Shown: positions 1 through 9,771 of the stretch, piece by piece
Numbering within the stretch: the first letter of the stretch is position 1
How the letters are laid out: each line of letters begins with the position of its first letter
The notes under the pieces: generated by a model
Database searches by the model: none
Seen by the model: the letters and a program-made list of their open reading frames with translations, nothing else
Told to the model about the DNA's origin: nothing
Position numbers and translations under genes: made by a program
From: an uncultured bacterium
GTDB lineage: Bacteria > Omnitrophota > Omnitrophia > Omnitrophales > Aquincolibacteriaceae
Assembly: GCA_964562525.1 (NCBI GenBank)
Contig: CAZLTL010000006.1
Coordinates: forward strand, 31,187-95,186
Length of the DNA stretch: 64,000 nucleotides
Direction of reading: 5' to 3'

Positions 1-159
1 AGTCCTCGAATTGGAAAAACAGCTCTCTCGGGGTATTATGTAGCTAATGGTTATTATCGATGCGGTATTTTGGTTGCGGTGTATGTCGGGGAGCTTTTGG
101 CACAGCTGATGCTGTCAAAACGGGTTCCTCAAAAGTTAAGGCCTTTTGCAGTAAATTAA
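1..159 (+). CDS. 3' end of an upstream gene running off the left edge (C-terminus ...GILVAVYVGELLAQLMLSKRVPQKLRPFAVN*)
   Basis: Frame 1 is open from base 1 to TAA at 157-159, 10 nt before the next ATG. There is no start in the window, so function is unknown. Confidence 0.3.
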   Translation, partial: SPRIGKTALSGYYVANGYYRCGILVAVYVGELLAQLMLSKRVPQKLRPFAVN

Positions 160-169
160 AGGAGTTGGC

Positions 170-844
170 ATGAAAGTTTTGATTGTTGAAGACGAATTGA
201 AAATGTCGAGTTTTCTTGAACGTGGATTGAAAGAGGAAGGCTATGAAGTTACGGTCGCGGCCGATGGCGCGCGAGGCTGGCAGCTTGCCTCCGAATCGCA
301 TTATGACCTTTTTATTCTGGATTGGATGGTTCCGCAAATTTCCGGCGTGGAGCTTTGCCGTAAAATCCGTGAGTTGGGGGTCAAAGTTCCTATCATTGTT
401 CTTACCGCGAAAGATTCAACCGAAGACAAGGTTTCCGGATTGGATGCCGGTGCGGATGATTATGTGACCAAGCCTTTCAGCTTTGAAGAGTTGCTTGCGC
501 GTATCCGCGCTTTGATGCGTCGTCCCGCCAAAGTTCAGGAAGATACTCACTTGGAATCCGGTAAACTGAAGCTGGATCTTTTACGTCGGCATGTTTATAT
601 CGGTTCCGAGAAAGTCACGCTTTCTCAGAAAGAATTCAAGCTGCTTGAGTTTTTGCTGCGGAATAAAGAAAATCCGGTTTCACGAACCCAAATTGCGGAG
701 CAGGTTTGGGATCTGCAGTTTGATCCGATGAGCAACACCATCGATGTGTATGTTAACTTTTTGCGAAAGAAAGTGGATCCTGCCAAGTCGGGATGCCGGA
801 TTGAGACGGTACGCGGGATCGGCTACCGCCTGATTGATGCGTGA
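170..844 (+). CDS. OmpR-family response regulator (CusR/CopR-like)
   Basis: 224-aa ORF. Receiver domain (MKVLIVEDE..., LFILDWMVP, VLTAKDS, YVTKPF) plus a winged-helix output domain (TVRGIGYRL). AGGAG lies 5 nt upstream of the ATG. Confidence 0.93.
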   Translation: MKVLIVEDELKMSSFLERGLKEEGYEVTVAADGARGWQLASESHYDLFILDWMVPQISGVELCRKIRELGVKVPIIVLTAKDSTEDKVSGLDAGADDYVTKPFSFEELLARIRALMRRPAKVQEDTHLESGKLKLDLLRRHVYIGSEKVTLSQKEFKLLEFLLRNKENPVSRTQIAEQVWDLQFDPMSNTIDVYVNFLRKKVDPAKSGCRIETVRGIGYRLIDA

Positions 845-936
845 GCGGTATGCTAGCTGTTTTATTTTTCTCTGGGCTTGTAGCCCAACCGGCAATTGAA
901 TTAAGCCATTTATAAATTGATTGGGGCTAAAGCGGT

Positions 937-2433
937 ATGATCCGTCTTCAATCAGTTAAAGTTAGGCTGACGCTTTGGTATGCGCTTGTCTTAAGCGTTT
1001 TTCTCGCCATTTTTTCATTCATGATGTACGCGGAGCTGGCCCGCGCGCTTTATCATGATGCCGAGAAAAATTTAGCTTGGTCGGTTCAAAAAGCGGAAGA
1101 AGCCCTTCAAGCGAAACTGACGGCTCAGCCGAAACTGCTTTCATCTCTTGCAAGGACCTCCCAAGAAGCACTTAAACCTTTTTCGCCGGAAACAGATCAA
1201 GCTCTTCGAAATATCATTTTAGAATGGGAAAAGCAGTCTCTTTTTTTGGCGCGCAGTCAGCACATGTTGCGGATTGTGAATTTTGCGCACGAGGATATTG
1301 TTTCGAATCTCAAAGAATGGGAAAAGGAAATTATCTTTCCCAACTTTGAGCGCGATTCTTTCTTTATGGAATCCGGCGCTTCTTATCAGACCATTCATTT
1401 CAAGAACAAACCTTTCCGTTTGTATTACAAAATGCTGCGAGTTGCGGGGAATCCCGTTGCCGTCGTACAGTCCGCCTACGCGCTTTACGAAACTGAAAAA
1501 ACACTCAAACAGCTTGCGGGGATGATCGCGATTGGTATTCCCTTGGCGGTGCTTTGCGCTTGCTTTGCGGGTTGGTTTTTGGCGCGCCGATTTTTTAAAC
1601 CTGTTGATAGCATGACGAAAGAAGCGAAGCAAATTACCGCCGCGCATCTGGATAGCCGTTTGCCGCGAACCTACATGGGGGATGAAATTGACCGTCTGGC
1701 CGAAACGCTGAATGAGATGATCGACCGTCTTGAGCATTCGACGCGCGCCATGCGTGAATTCAGCTCGGACGTTTCGCATGAGCTTAAAACGCCGCTGGCG
1801 ATTATTCGCGGCGAACTTGATTTGGCGGCGCGCAAGACTCGATCGCGCGAAGAAATTGATAAAATGCTCTTGGTGATCAGTGAAGAAACCGACGAAATGA
1901 TCCGATTGGTCAACGACCTGATGATTTTGGTGCGCAGTGATGCCCGTCAGCTCCGCTTAGATAAGCAGAATCTTCATCTTTTAGAAGTTTTGGAGCCGCT
2001 CGTGGAGCGTTTTCAGGAAAGAGCCCGGCAAAAAGGGATTAAGCTTATTTGGAGTCCTTTGGGGGATGGGGTAATTGAGGCGGATGAAGGCCATTTTAAG
2101 CGGGTGATGAATAATTTAATCGATAATGCTTTAAAGTTTACCGATACCGGCGGAGAAGTGATCGTGGCTTTAGGGCTGCAGGATGATATGGCGATCATTG
2201 AAGTCAAAGACTCCGGTATTGGAATCAGCCCTGAAAATCAGCCAAAAATTTTTATGCGGTTTTTCCGTGACGAATTGGCAAGGTCACGTGAGGGGTCCGG
2301 ATTGGGGCTCAGTATTGTGAAGGCGATTTGCGATGCTCATTTATGGCAAATTGGTTTAGAGAGTGTTCCCGGGCAAGGGACGCTCATTCGTCTTTTTATA
2401 CCCGTGACCCAAACGGCCACTTCATTGAGCTAG
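937..2433 (+). CDS. Sensor histidine kinase (heavy-metal-sensor-like, CusS-type layout)
   Basis: 498 aa. N-terminal RLTLWYALVL TM segment, a second TM plus HAMP, H-box SHELKTPLA, N-box NLIDNALKF, G-boxes DSGIGI and GSGLGLSIV. Adjacent to the response regulator. Confidence 0.92.
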   Translation: MIRLQSVKVRLTLWYALVLSVFLAIFSFMMYAELARALYHDAEKNLAWSVQKAEEALQAKLTAQPKLLSSLARTSQEALKPFSPETDQALRNIILEWEKQSLFLARSQHMLRIVNFAHEDIVSNLKEWEKEIIFPNFERDSFFMESGASYQTIHFKNKPFRLYYKMLRVAGNPVAVVQSAYALYETEKTLKQLAGMIAIGIPLAVLCACFAGWFLARRFFKPVDSMTKEAKQITAAHLDSRLPRTYMGDEIDRLAETLNEMIDRLEHSTRAMREFSSDVSHELKTPLAIIRGELDLAARKTRSREEIDKMLLVISEETDEMIRLVNDLMILVRSDARQLRLDKQNLHLLEVLEPLVERFQERARQKGIKLIWSPLGDGVIEADEGHFKRVMNNLIDNALKFTDTGGEVIVALGLQDDMAIIEVKDSGIGISPENQPKIFMRFFRDELARSREGSGLGLSIVKAICDAHLWQIGLESVPGQGTLIRLFIPVTQTATSLS

Positions 2434-2473
2434 AATCCCTTTACTTTTTCGCTGGGAAGCCGATACTTGCCTT

Positions 2474-2830
2474 ATGGAAAACATACAGTCTCAGCTTATT
2501 AAGCCCTTCGTCGAGAAGATGGAAAAAGAGTGGCAAGCTCTTTACGACAAAATTAGCCAGGAAAAGTCGCAAGAGTCTGATAAGCTCCGCCCCGAAGTCG
2601 AAGACCATCTCGCCAAACTAAAAAAACTCCGCAGTAACGAAGAAATCTCCATGAAGTTATCCTCGACGGGAGAGGAAGCTATTCATGAATTTGTTCGGCA
2701 GTCTAAAATGGAATTTAGGGTGGCTGAGCGCCGCTGGCAACGACATATAGTGTCCCGTGAGCGAGTTAAAACCCGCGCTTCAAATCAATCCGCTAAGTTT
2801 TTGAGCCGCGAAACACCAACAAAAAAATAA
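2474..2830 (+). CDS. Hypothetical charged/helical protein (118 aa)
   Basis: ORF only. Lys/Glu-rich, no recognisable motif, weak RBS. Confidence 0.35.
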   Translation: MENIQSQLIKPFVEKMEKEWQALYDKISQEKSQESDKLRPEVEDHLAKLKKLRSNEEISMKLSSTGEEAIHEFVRQSKMEFRVAERRWQRHIVSRERVKTRASNQSAKFLSRETPTKK

Positions 2831-3012
2831 AAATCAAGCGGTTTTTTTTGTCGCCGCCTGGCTCGTCCTCTTTTTGCTTGCCAACGGAATACTTCATTGT
2901 AAGATAACGCCCAAGGTCGGCTGCTTTTTCTGTTATTTTCTATTTTTTTACATCTTTTTTACCGAGAGCCGTCCTCCCTTTATTACTTTTTTTGAGGGAA
3001 GGATTATCATTC

Positions 3013-4689
3013 ATGACGGTTTTAAACCGCGATCAAATTAGCGCTCGTTTGCTGAAGCGTGCTGAAGATTTTGGACGGGGATACCGCCAAAATTTGGCGT
3101 TGCTCGGACGGGTAGGGCTTGGCAAGACGAAGTTGATTGCCAAATTCACGGAAGCCGTCCGCGCGCGTGACTTTCCAATTCTCACAGTGCTCATTGATCT
3201 TGCGCCGGTTTCATCCAGCCAAATCACTTTTTATTGGATACGCTGCCTTTTATCTTCAGCGCTGCACTTACCGGACTCTTCTCTTGATGTTCTCTTGGAG
3301 ACTGCGGATGCCCAAGTTCCCAAAACGGCCAAAGCCGCGCGGCATATTTTAAAATTGTATAAGCAGGGCAATGCCGCTTTGGCCGTGCGCGAGTTGTTTG
3401 CTTTGAGCGGGCAATTAGCCGAAGAAACGGCTCGGAAAGTGGTTTTAATTCTGGATGAGTTTCTCGGTCTTGAGAAATTTGGGGTTCATGATGTTTATTC
3501 CATTTTCGGCAACCGGATGATGATGGAAAAAGAAGTTCTCTTTGTCGTGACCAGCTCGGAGTCCAAAAAATCCCGCGCTATTTTTTCAGAAAAACTCTCT
3601 TTGCTTTTCAGCAACTTTGAAACCATGGATTTACAGTCCTTCGGTTTTAAAGAAATGAATGTCCACATTGACGGACGAGCCTGCGCTTCTTACCTTTCTT
3701 TGCCGGCAAGGCGATTCTTGTTCCGTTTAACGGACGGGGAACCGCGTTATTTGGACGCGATGCTTCGCGCTTTAGATGATTTGGTTTGCACTGATCCGAA
3801 GCGTCAGCTGGGAATTGCCACTTTGTTTGAAACGGTTATGCGGGAAGTGCTTGAGTCGGATGGCCGTATTTCACTTTTGTTTCAAAAAAAAGTGGAGTCG
3901 CTTCCGCGGGGGCTTCGTGAGAGCGAGCATGTTTTGTCCGAAGCGGTGGCTTTGCTCAGCACGGGTCGTGTGAAGCCCGGTGCTTTAGCCGCTGCGCTGG
4001 GACTTAAAATTCCGGAAGCAAAGAAAATGATTACCCGCATGGAAGACGCAGGATGGCTGGTTTCAGGCGGAGCTTCTTATTCATTACGCGATCCGCTTTT
4101 CAGATTTTGGGCGCATGAAGTCTTGCTTCCAAACTGCCAGGGACAGCTTCTTGACGATAAAGCACGCCGCGGCCGCTGGATGCGTCTCTTAGGTTCTATT
4201 TATGAAATGGGATGTGAATCGGATTCCGCTAAAATTGTGACCCAGGTAGAGTCTTTGCTGAAGCAATTTCGCGCCGGAACAACGCAATTAGAAGGGCGCA
4301 AGGTTTACGGAGCCCATTTTCAGGAAATTGCCTGGTCGGTTGTGCAGGAGGGCTGCTGGAGTTTGCGGGCGATTTCGTCTAAAGAGAACCACTTTTATCT
4401 GGCTTCCTGCAGAGAGCTGACGGAAGCGGATATTGAGGAATTTAAAGCCTCCTCGGGCCGCCAAAAGAAGCGTGTTCGCCGGATTTTGGTCGTTGCGGGC
4501 GGGATTGAACAAAATGCCCGTCTTTTGGCCCAACAGTATAAAATGGATATCTGGGATTTGAGGTTCTTTAACCTCCTGCTTGATTTTTACGGCCTCTCTA
4601 AAATTATTGTGGAGAAACGTAATTCGTTGTGGGACAGCGACGGAGCGTGGGCAGGATCCGAAAGTTTGTTTAGTTCGGTTACACAATAA
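3013..4689 (+). CDS. AAA-type ATPase (archaeal-ATPase/ORC-like P-loop protein)
   Basis: Walker A GRVGLGKTKL and Walker B VVLILDEF. I prefer the ATG at 3013, which has GAGGGAAGGA just upstream, over the TTG at 2992 used by the ORF track. Confidence 0.75.
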   Translation: MTVLNRDQISARLLKRAEDFGRGYRQNLALLGRVGLGKTKLIAKFTEAVRARDFPILTVLIDLAPVSSSQITFYWIRCLLSSALHLPDSSLDVLLETADAQVPKTAKAARHILKLYKQGNAALAVRELFALSGQLAEETARKVVLILDEFLGLEKFGVHDVYSIFGNRMMMEKEVLFVVTSSESKKSRAIFSEKLSLLFSNFETMDLQSFGFKEMNVHIDGRACASYLSLPARRFLFRLTDGEPRYLDAMLRALDDLVCTDPKRQLGIATLFETVMREVLESDGRISLLFQKKVESLPRGLRESEHVLSEAVALLSTGRVKPGALAAALGLKIPEAKKMITRMEDAGWLVSGGASYSLRDPLFRFWAHEVLLPNCQGQLLDDKARRGRWMRLLGSIYEMGCESDSAKIVTQVESLLKQFRAGTTQLEGRKVYGAHFQEIAWSVVQEGCWSLRAISSKENHFYLASCRELTEADIEEFKASSGRQKKRVRRILVVAGGIEQNARLLAQQYKMDIWDLRFFNLLLDFYGLSKIIVEKRNSLWDSDGAWAGSESLFSSVTQ

Positions 4690-4707
4690 TGGGATGGTCT
4701 TCGTAAG

Positions 4708-6309
4708 ATGAGTCAGAAACTGGCCGCTGCGAAAAAAAATCAAAGTGTTATTGAGAAGTATTTACTGACCCACACCGACTGGAATGAAGGGTTCCGCGAG
4801 TTCAGCCGCTTGATGAAACGGCCTGATTTTTGGATTTATATTGCCCCTTCTACTTCCGAATCCAAATTAATTCCTCTCGACCGCAAAGGATCGGCCTCTT
4901 CGCTTTCTGTGCTTCAAAGCGATAAAGCTTCAACGGGTGCATTTTTAAAAAAATTCGCGGATCAATGGCTTGAAAGTTCAGAGATGCGTAAACCCTTGCC
5001 CGCATTTTTCAGGACAAACCGCAGCCGGATGGGGCTGATGCTGGGGCTAAGCCATTTGGGTAATTACAAAGGCTTTATTTTCTTAACGGAGTTTTCCTCC
5101 GGCAATGAAATGCGGGTTCGTGGTGAGCTTGAACCCTATCTCAAGCCGTTTCAGTTTTTTGCGCAGGCTCAACTGGAAATTGCTTATAAAAACTTTGAAT
5201 TGAATAATTTTTATGAAACAGTGCATCCGCGCGCGTTGGCTTTGTCGACGATGCATTCGGTGCATCGCGTTATCAGCGCGTCTTTGCGCTTAAAAGACTT
5301 GCTGCCGCGGATCGGCCGCTTAAGTGCGCAGATTTTAAAAGCCCAAGGCTGTTCCATTTTGTTAATGGACGAAGATGGTCAGCATTTGATCCCGTTCTTC
5401 GCTTTGGGCGCTCATAAACGGTATGTTCATCACCACCGCGTTCGCGTTGGAAGAGGCGTGGAGGGACGGATTGCGGATACCGGCGAGTTTCGTCTTTCTC
5501 CCAGCTGCATCGGCGTGCCTTTTATTGAGCATGATGTCGTTGGTGTGATTATGCTTTGGGATAAAGTGGACGGACAGGCCTTTACGGCAACGGACCTTGA
5601 AATTCTCAAGTCTCTTTCTGAACAAGCGGTGGTTGCCATTAAAAACGCCCAGCTTTATGAGCGCACGGAAGAGTTGACCATGGGCAGTATCCGCACCATT
5701 ACGGGCTTACTTGAGCGTCAATTCGGTAAAGACCGATCACATCTTGAGCTTGTTGCCGAAATTAGTTTGGAAGTAGGACGCCAAATGGGATTGAGAGGCA
5801 ACGATATTGTGAATTTAGAACGCGGTATTTTACTTTTGGACGCGGGGCAGTTGGTGCACCCTGAATTGACGCTGGAAAAGAAAGAGCGGCTCAGTAAGAA
5901 AGAGTTTCAGGCATTGCGTTCGCTTCCGATTAAAGCCGCGAATTTACTCAAATCGATTTCTTCTTTGAAACCGGCTTTGCCGATTATTTTGTACCGCCAC
6001 GAAAGGTTTGACGGACGGGGTTATCCGGAAGGGCTGAAGGGCGAGCAAATTCCGATCGGAGCGAGGATTGTGTCTGTTGTGGATTCGTTTACGGCCATGC
6101 TTTCAAAAAGGCATTATCGGAGGCCAAAATCGGTTTTGGAAGCTTTGCATGAGATCGAACTGCATAAACTATCTCAGTTTGACCCTCAGGTTGTGGACAC
6201 CTTCTTGAAAGTTGTCAAAAACGATGTTATTTTAGGCAAAATTCAAAACTTGGCTTTGCGGGCCGGCAGTGAAATTCGACTGCCGGTTGCCATGAAGTCT
6301 GCGGAGTAA
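4708..6309 (+). CDS. GAF domain / HD-GYP-type domain protein (HD residues degenerate)
   Basis: GAF-like core (GCSILLMDEDG...VGVIMLWDKVDG...AIKNAQLYE). C-terminal HERFDGRGYPEGLKGEQIPIGARIVSVVDSFTAM matches the HD-GYP signature, but LHDIGK is replaced by LLDAGQ and HHE by RHE. Confidence 0.8.
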   Translation: MSQKLAAAKKNQSVIEKYLLTHTDWNEGFREFSRLMKRPDFWIYIAPSTSESKLIPLDRKGSASSLSVLQSDKASTGAFLKKFADQWLESSEMRKPLPAFFRTNRSRMGLMLGLSHLGNYKGFIFLTEFSSGNEMRVRGELEPYLKPFQFFAQAQLEIAYKNFELNNFYETVHPRALALSTMHSVHRVISASLRLKDLLPRIGRLSAQILKAQGCSILLMDEDGQHLIPFFALGAHKRYVHHHRVRVGRGVEGRIADTGEFRLSPSCIGVPFIEHDVVGVIMLWDKVDGQAFTATDLEILKSLSEQAVVAIKNAQLYERTEELTMGSIRTITGLLERQFGKDRSHLELVAEISLEVGRQMGLRGNDIVNLERGILLLDAGQLVHPELTLEKKERLSKKEFQALRSLPIKAANLLKSISSLKPALPIILYRHERFDGRGYPEGLKGEQIPIGARIVSVVDSFTAMLSKRHYRRPKSVLEALHEIELHKLSQFDPQVVDTFLKVVKNDVILGKIQNLALRAGSEIRLPVAMKSAE

Positions 6310-6312
6310 AAA

Positions 6313-6492
6313 ATGGCAAAAGGCATTCAAATCAAAAAACCGGATCATGTGGCTGAAGCCAAGCCGATTTTGGAGCCCTTGGAACAAAATCAAGCACCGT
6401 TGATGTCGCCGCTCTTGTATTTGATGTTGATCGTTTCTTTTCCCGCTGCCCTTGTCGCGTTTTATTTTTTTATTCAGACTCGCTCCGCTTAA
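6313..6492 (+). CDS. Possible 59-aa small membrane protein (below the ORF-track length cutoff)
   Basis: ATG at 6313, 4 nt after the previous stop. Translation is MAKGIQIKKPDHVAEAKPILEPLEQNQAPLMSPLLYLMLIVSFPAALVAFYFFIQTRSA*, with one C-terminal TM helix. Confidence 0.3.
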   Translation: MAKGIQIKKPDHVAEAKPILEPLEQNQAPLMSPLLYLMLIVSFPAALVAFYFFIQTRSA

Positions 6493-6531
6493 ACGGCTGA
6501 GCGTGCTTCTGGTTTCTGACGTAATTGAAAA

Positions 6532-7002
6532 ATGATCCGCACTTTAAAGTTCCTTCTTATTTTTTTGTTGCTCGCCGTTTCTGCGTGGGTTGTTTTTATC
6601 AGCGCGTTACCCGTCCTTTTTATCCGGCAAATGGAGCATAAATACGCGATCATTTTGAAAGGGGAGCGCGATCTTGTGTTATTCACACCCCGGTTTAAAG
6701 TCAAAAATGCTTCTTTTGTTTGGAATGACAAAGTGGAATTGCTTCAGGGAAACTTTGACATTCAATTGGATCCGTTGGCGTGGATTCGTGACCGAGTTTG
6801 GGCCATGTCGCTTCAGGGGGACGGCTCCAAACTCCGCTTTTTAGGGGAGTGGCTAAAAAAAACGGGAGTCAGCGAAATTCAGACGACAAAGCTGCGGTTG
6901 GCGCTTGATTTTTACGACGGGGATATTCGTGAAATCCATCAGGTTGAAGTGGTCGCGCCGGATTATCAATTTCAAATTCAAAGCCGTGTCGTACCCCAAT
7001 GA
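6532..7002 (+). CDS. Hypothetical N-terminally membrane-anchored protein (156 aa), translationally coupled to murE
   Basis: TM helix (LKFLLIFLLLAVSAWVVFISALPVLF) followed by a beta-rich domain. Its stop overlaps the murE start (ATGA at 6999-7002). It occupies the slot where ftsL/ftsI usually lie. Confidence 0.55.
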   Translation: MIRTLKFLLIFLLLAVSAWVVFISALPVLFIRQMEHKYAIILKGERDLVLFTPRFKVKNASFVWNDKVELLQGNFDIQLDPLAWIRDRVWAMSLQGDGSKLRFLGEWLKKTGVSEIQTTKLRLALDFYDGDIREIHQVEVVAPDYQFQIQSRVVPQ

Positions 7003-8456
7003 TGAATTTAGAGGGTTTGTTTCAAGCGCTGAATTGCATAGAGAAAAAAAATTGGAATGGGCAAGTTTGTCTCGGAAAAATCACGAAGGATTCGCGTCAA
7101 GTTCAGCTCGGGGATCTTTTCGTGGCTTGCCGCGGACCCCAATCCGATGGGCATGATTTTATTTCTGAAGTTATCGCTAAGGGCGCGGCTGCGGTTGTTT
7201 ATGAAAACGCGAACGTGATACTTCCTACCTCGGTTGTTGGGGTTCGGGTTCAGGATTGCCAGCAAATTTTTCCCGAACTATTGAAACGTGTTTATGACTT
7301 TCATTCCGATTCGTTGAGCCTGATCGGTGTGACCGGCACAAACGGAAAAACTACGATTACCCAGCTTTTTTATAAACTTTTGACATCCCACTTTAAAGCC
7401 GGCACGATCGGAACTTTGTCGTATGAACTTCCTTCCGGAAGCCGTGAGTCTGGAAATACCACACCAGGGCCTGAGACCTTAATTCCTTTATTGGCTGAGA
7501 TGGCTGAGCAAGGAGCAAAGTATGTCTCGATGGAAGTGTCTTCTCACGCGTTGGACCAAAAAAGGGTTGTTGGGCTTGATTTTGAATTGGCTGTTTTTAC
7601 TCAGTTGACTCAAGACCATTTGGATTATCACAAGAATTTAGAAGATTACTTTCAAGCCAAGCGTCGGCTTTTCGAGGAATATCAACCGAAGCATATGCTG
7701 ATCAATCGCGACTGTCCTTTTGGCCGGCGTCTGCTGGCGGAATTTCCGCGCGCGAAATCATTCAGCACCGAAGCCAAAGCGGATTATCAAGCCGTGAATA
7801 TTCAAGAGTCGCTTCATGGCTGTGACTTTGAATTAGCTTTTCGCGGAAAAAATATTCCGGTGCATATCCGGCTCCCATTACATTACAACATTTCCAATTG
7901 CACGGCAGTTTTGGCAGGGTTAGATCTATTGGGGCTCAAACTAGAAGACTATCTGCCGGTTTTGGCAACCATTCCTTTTATTCCCGGCCGCATGGAACGG
8001 GTTCCGCATCCTTCGATTCATTTTTTTGTGGATTACGCGCATACTCCCGACGCATTTGTGCAGGTGTTGAAACATGTGCGTCTGCAGAAACCGAAAAAAA
8101 TTATCACTGTTTTCGGCTGTGGCGGCGATCGTGACCGGACCAAGCGCCCCAAAATGACGCGGGCCGCGGCGGATGACTCGGATGTGCTTGTGATGACTTC
8201 CGACAACCCTAGGACTGAAAATCCCCAAACTATTATGGATGAAATGAAAGCCGGATTAACCGCGCATGACCTCAATAAAATTCAAATTGTGGAAGAGTTA
8301 GATAGAAAGAAAGCAATTTACCGCGCGGTCCAGGCAGCTCAGCCCGGCGACGCAGTTTTGATTTTAGGTAAAGGGCATGAAGATTATCAAATCATCGGTA
8401 AAGAAAAGCATCATTTCAGCGACCGCGAAACTGTTTTAGAAGCGTTGGGACAATGA
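6999..8456 (+). CDS. murE: UDP-MurNAc-L-Ala-D-Glu--2,6-diaminopimelate ligase
   Basis: Mur ligase P-loop GVTGTNGKTT. The DNPR motif (TSDNPRTE) is typical of meso-DAP-adding MurE. Position in the dcw cluster. Confidence 0.95.
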   Translation: MMNLEGLFQALNCIEKKNWNGQVCLGKITKDSRQVQLGDLFVACRGPQSDGHDFISEVIAKGAAAVVYENANVILPTSVVGVRVQDCQQIFPELLKRVYDFHSDSLSLIGVTGTNGKTTITQLFYKLLTSHFKAGTIGTLSYELPSGSRESGNTTPGPETLIPLLAEMAEQGAKYVSMEVSSHALDQKRVVGLDFELAVFTQLTQDHLDYHKNLEDYFQAKRRLFEEYQPKHMLINRDCPFGRRLLAEFPRAKSFSTEAKADYQAVNIQESLHGCDFELAFRGKNIPVHIRLPLHYNISNCTAVLAGLDLLGLKLEDYLPVLATIPFIPGRMERVPHPSIHFFVDYAHTPDAFVQVLKHVRLQKPKKIITVFGCGGDRDRTKRPKMTRAAADDSDVLVMTSDNPRTENPQTIMDEMKAGLTAHDLNKIQIVEELDRKKAIYRAVQAAQPGDAVLILGKGHEDYQIIGKEKHHFSDRETVLEALGQ

Positions 8457-9751
8457 ATCCATTTTCGATTGATACACGCACGATTCAATCGGGTGATCTT
8501 TTTATTGCTTTGGATGGAACCCAACAAAAAGGGTATTCGTTTTTGCCCGAAGCTTTCAAAAAGGGCGCCGCTTCAGCTTTATGCGCGGAAAGCTATCGCG
8601 CGCAAGTCTCTCCTGAATGGATTCAGCGGGTGAGGTTTGTTCCGGATCCCGTTTTGGAAATGGCAAATTTAGCGCGGGAGCATCGCAAGCAATTCGATAT
8701 TCCCGTGATCGGGGTTGTCGGTAGCGTGGGTAAAACATCCACCAAGCAGTTTCTGTCCTATTTGCTTTCAAGACATTTTAGAGTTTTAGCCACCACGGGA
8801 AATTTAAATAATCAGCTCGGTCTTCCGATGATGCTGAGCCGACTCAATCCAGAGCACCAAAAGGCTGTTTTGGAAATGGGCGCGGATCATGTGGGAGATC
8901 TTGCTAACTTAGTCAGCATTGCAGCGCCCGACAAGGCTGTTTTGACTCCCATTGCACCCGAACATTTATTGGGGTTTGGTTCTTTAGCGGGAGTTTATGA
9001 CGGAGAACTTGAGATTTTACTTTCACCTCGACTTAAAACAATCGTCACCGTCGCGGGCGACAAGGAGCTTGACCGCCGTTTGAGTGGATGGTCCGGAAAA
9101 GTGATTCGCGTTGGATTTTCCAAAGAAGCGGATGTGGTGATATCTGATGTTTGTATCGAAAACGGAAAGACTCTTTTCAGAGTTCAGGGTCAGCAGGTGA
9201 CTTTACCAACTACGGCATCCTTTTTGGCGCTAAATGCGGGGCTTGCCGCGGCTATGGCAGTTGAGGCGGGACTTCAGTTGTCGGATATTGGCGGAGAATG
9301 GAATCCGGAATTGCCGAAGGGGCGTTATGCCGCGCGTAATATCGCTCGAGATATTACGGTGATTGACGATACATACAACTCAAGTCCCAAAGCTTTTTCC
9401 GCCGCGTTGGACGCGTTTAAAAAAATAAATTTTAAACGAAAATGGATTATTTTTTCTGATATGCTTGAGCTGGGAGCGGAATCGGCGCATTGGCATGATG
9501 TTTTGGCGGAGGATATCGCTCAATCGGGTGTTCACGCCGCTTGGGCTTTCGGCACTGAAGCTAAACGAACGATTCATCGATTAGAAAAGCGGGCCGGCAC
9601 TATCAATAGCCGTTGGTTCCAGAATGCTGAAAGCTTGGCGGAAGAATTGGTGCTGTGCGTTGAACCCGGAGATGGAATTTTGTTTAAGGGGTCGCGCGGT
9701 ATGCGGGTTGAAAAAGTTTTAGAGATTTTAGAGAAAAAGATCGCTGTTTAA
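8453..9751 (+). CDS. murF: UDP-MurNAc-tripeptide--D-Ala-D-Ala ligase
   Basis: Mur ligase P-loop GVVGSVGKTSTK. 4-nt overlap with murE. Order in the dcw cluster. Confidence 0.93.
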   Translation: MNPFSIDTRTIQSGDLFIALDGTQQKGYSFLPEAFKKGAASALCAESYRAQVSPEWIQRVRFVPDPVLEMANLAREHRKQFDIPVIGVVGSVGKTSTKQFLSYLLSRHFRVLATTGNLNNQLGLPMMLSRLNPEHQKAVLEMGADHVGDLANLVSIAAPDKAVLTPIAPEHLLGFGSLAGVYDGELEILLSPRLKTIVTVAGDKELDRRLSGWSGKVIRVGFSKEADVVISDVCIENGKTLFRVQGQQVTLPTTASFLALNAGLAAAMAVEAGLQLSDIGGEWNPELPKGRYAARNIARDITVIDDTYNSSPKAFSAALDAFKKINFKRKWIIFSDMLELGAESAHWHDVLAEDIAQSGVHAAWAFGTEAKRTIHRLEKRAGTINSRWFQNAESLAEELVLCVEPGDGILFKGSRGMRVEKVLEILEKKIAV

Positions 9752-9771
9752 GTTTTTTTACGGAGTCATCC

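Noticed and set aside
1219-1779. Long antisense or overlapping ORFs in the six-frame track. Examples: 1219-1779(-), 4288-4743(-), 36792-37250(-), 39744-40241(-), 47343-47765(-), 15486-15881(-).
   Set aside because: Each lies entirely within a strongly supported gene on the opposite strand or in another frame. Their translations are low-complexity and Arg/Ser/Leu-rich, which is typical of shadow ORFs. They have no motifs and no independent start context.
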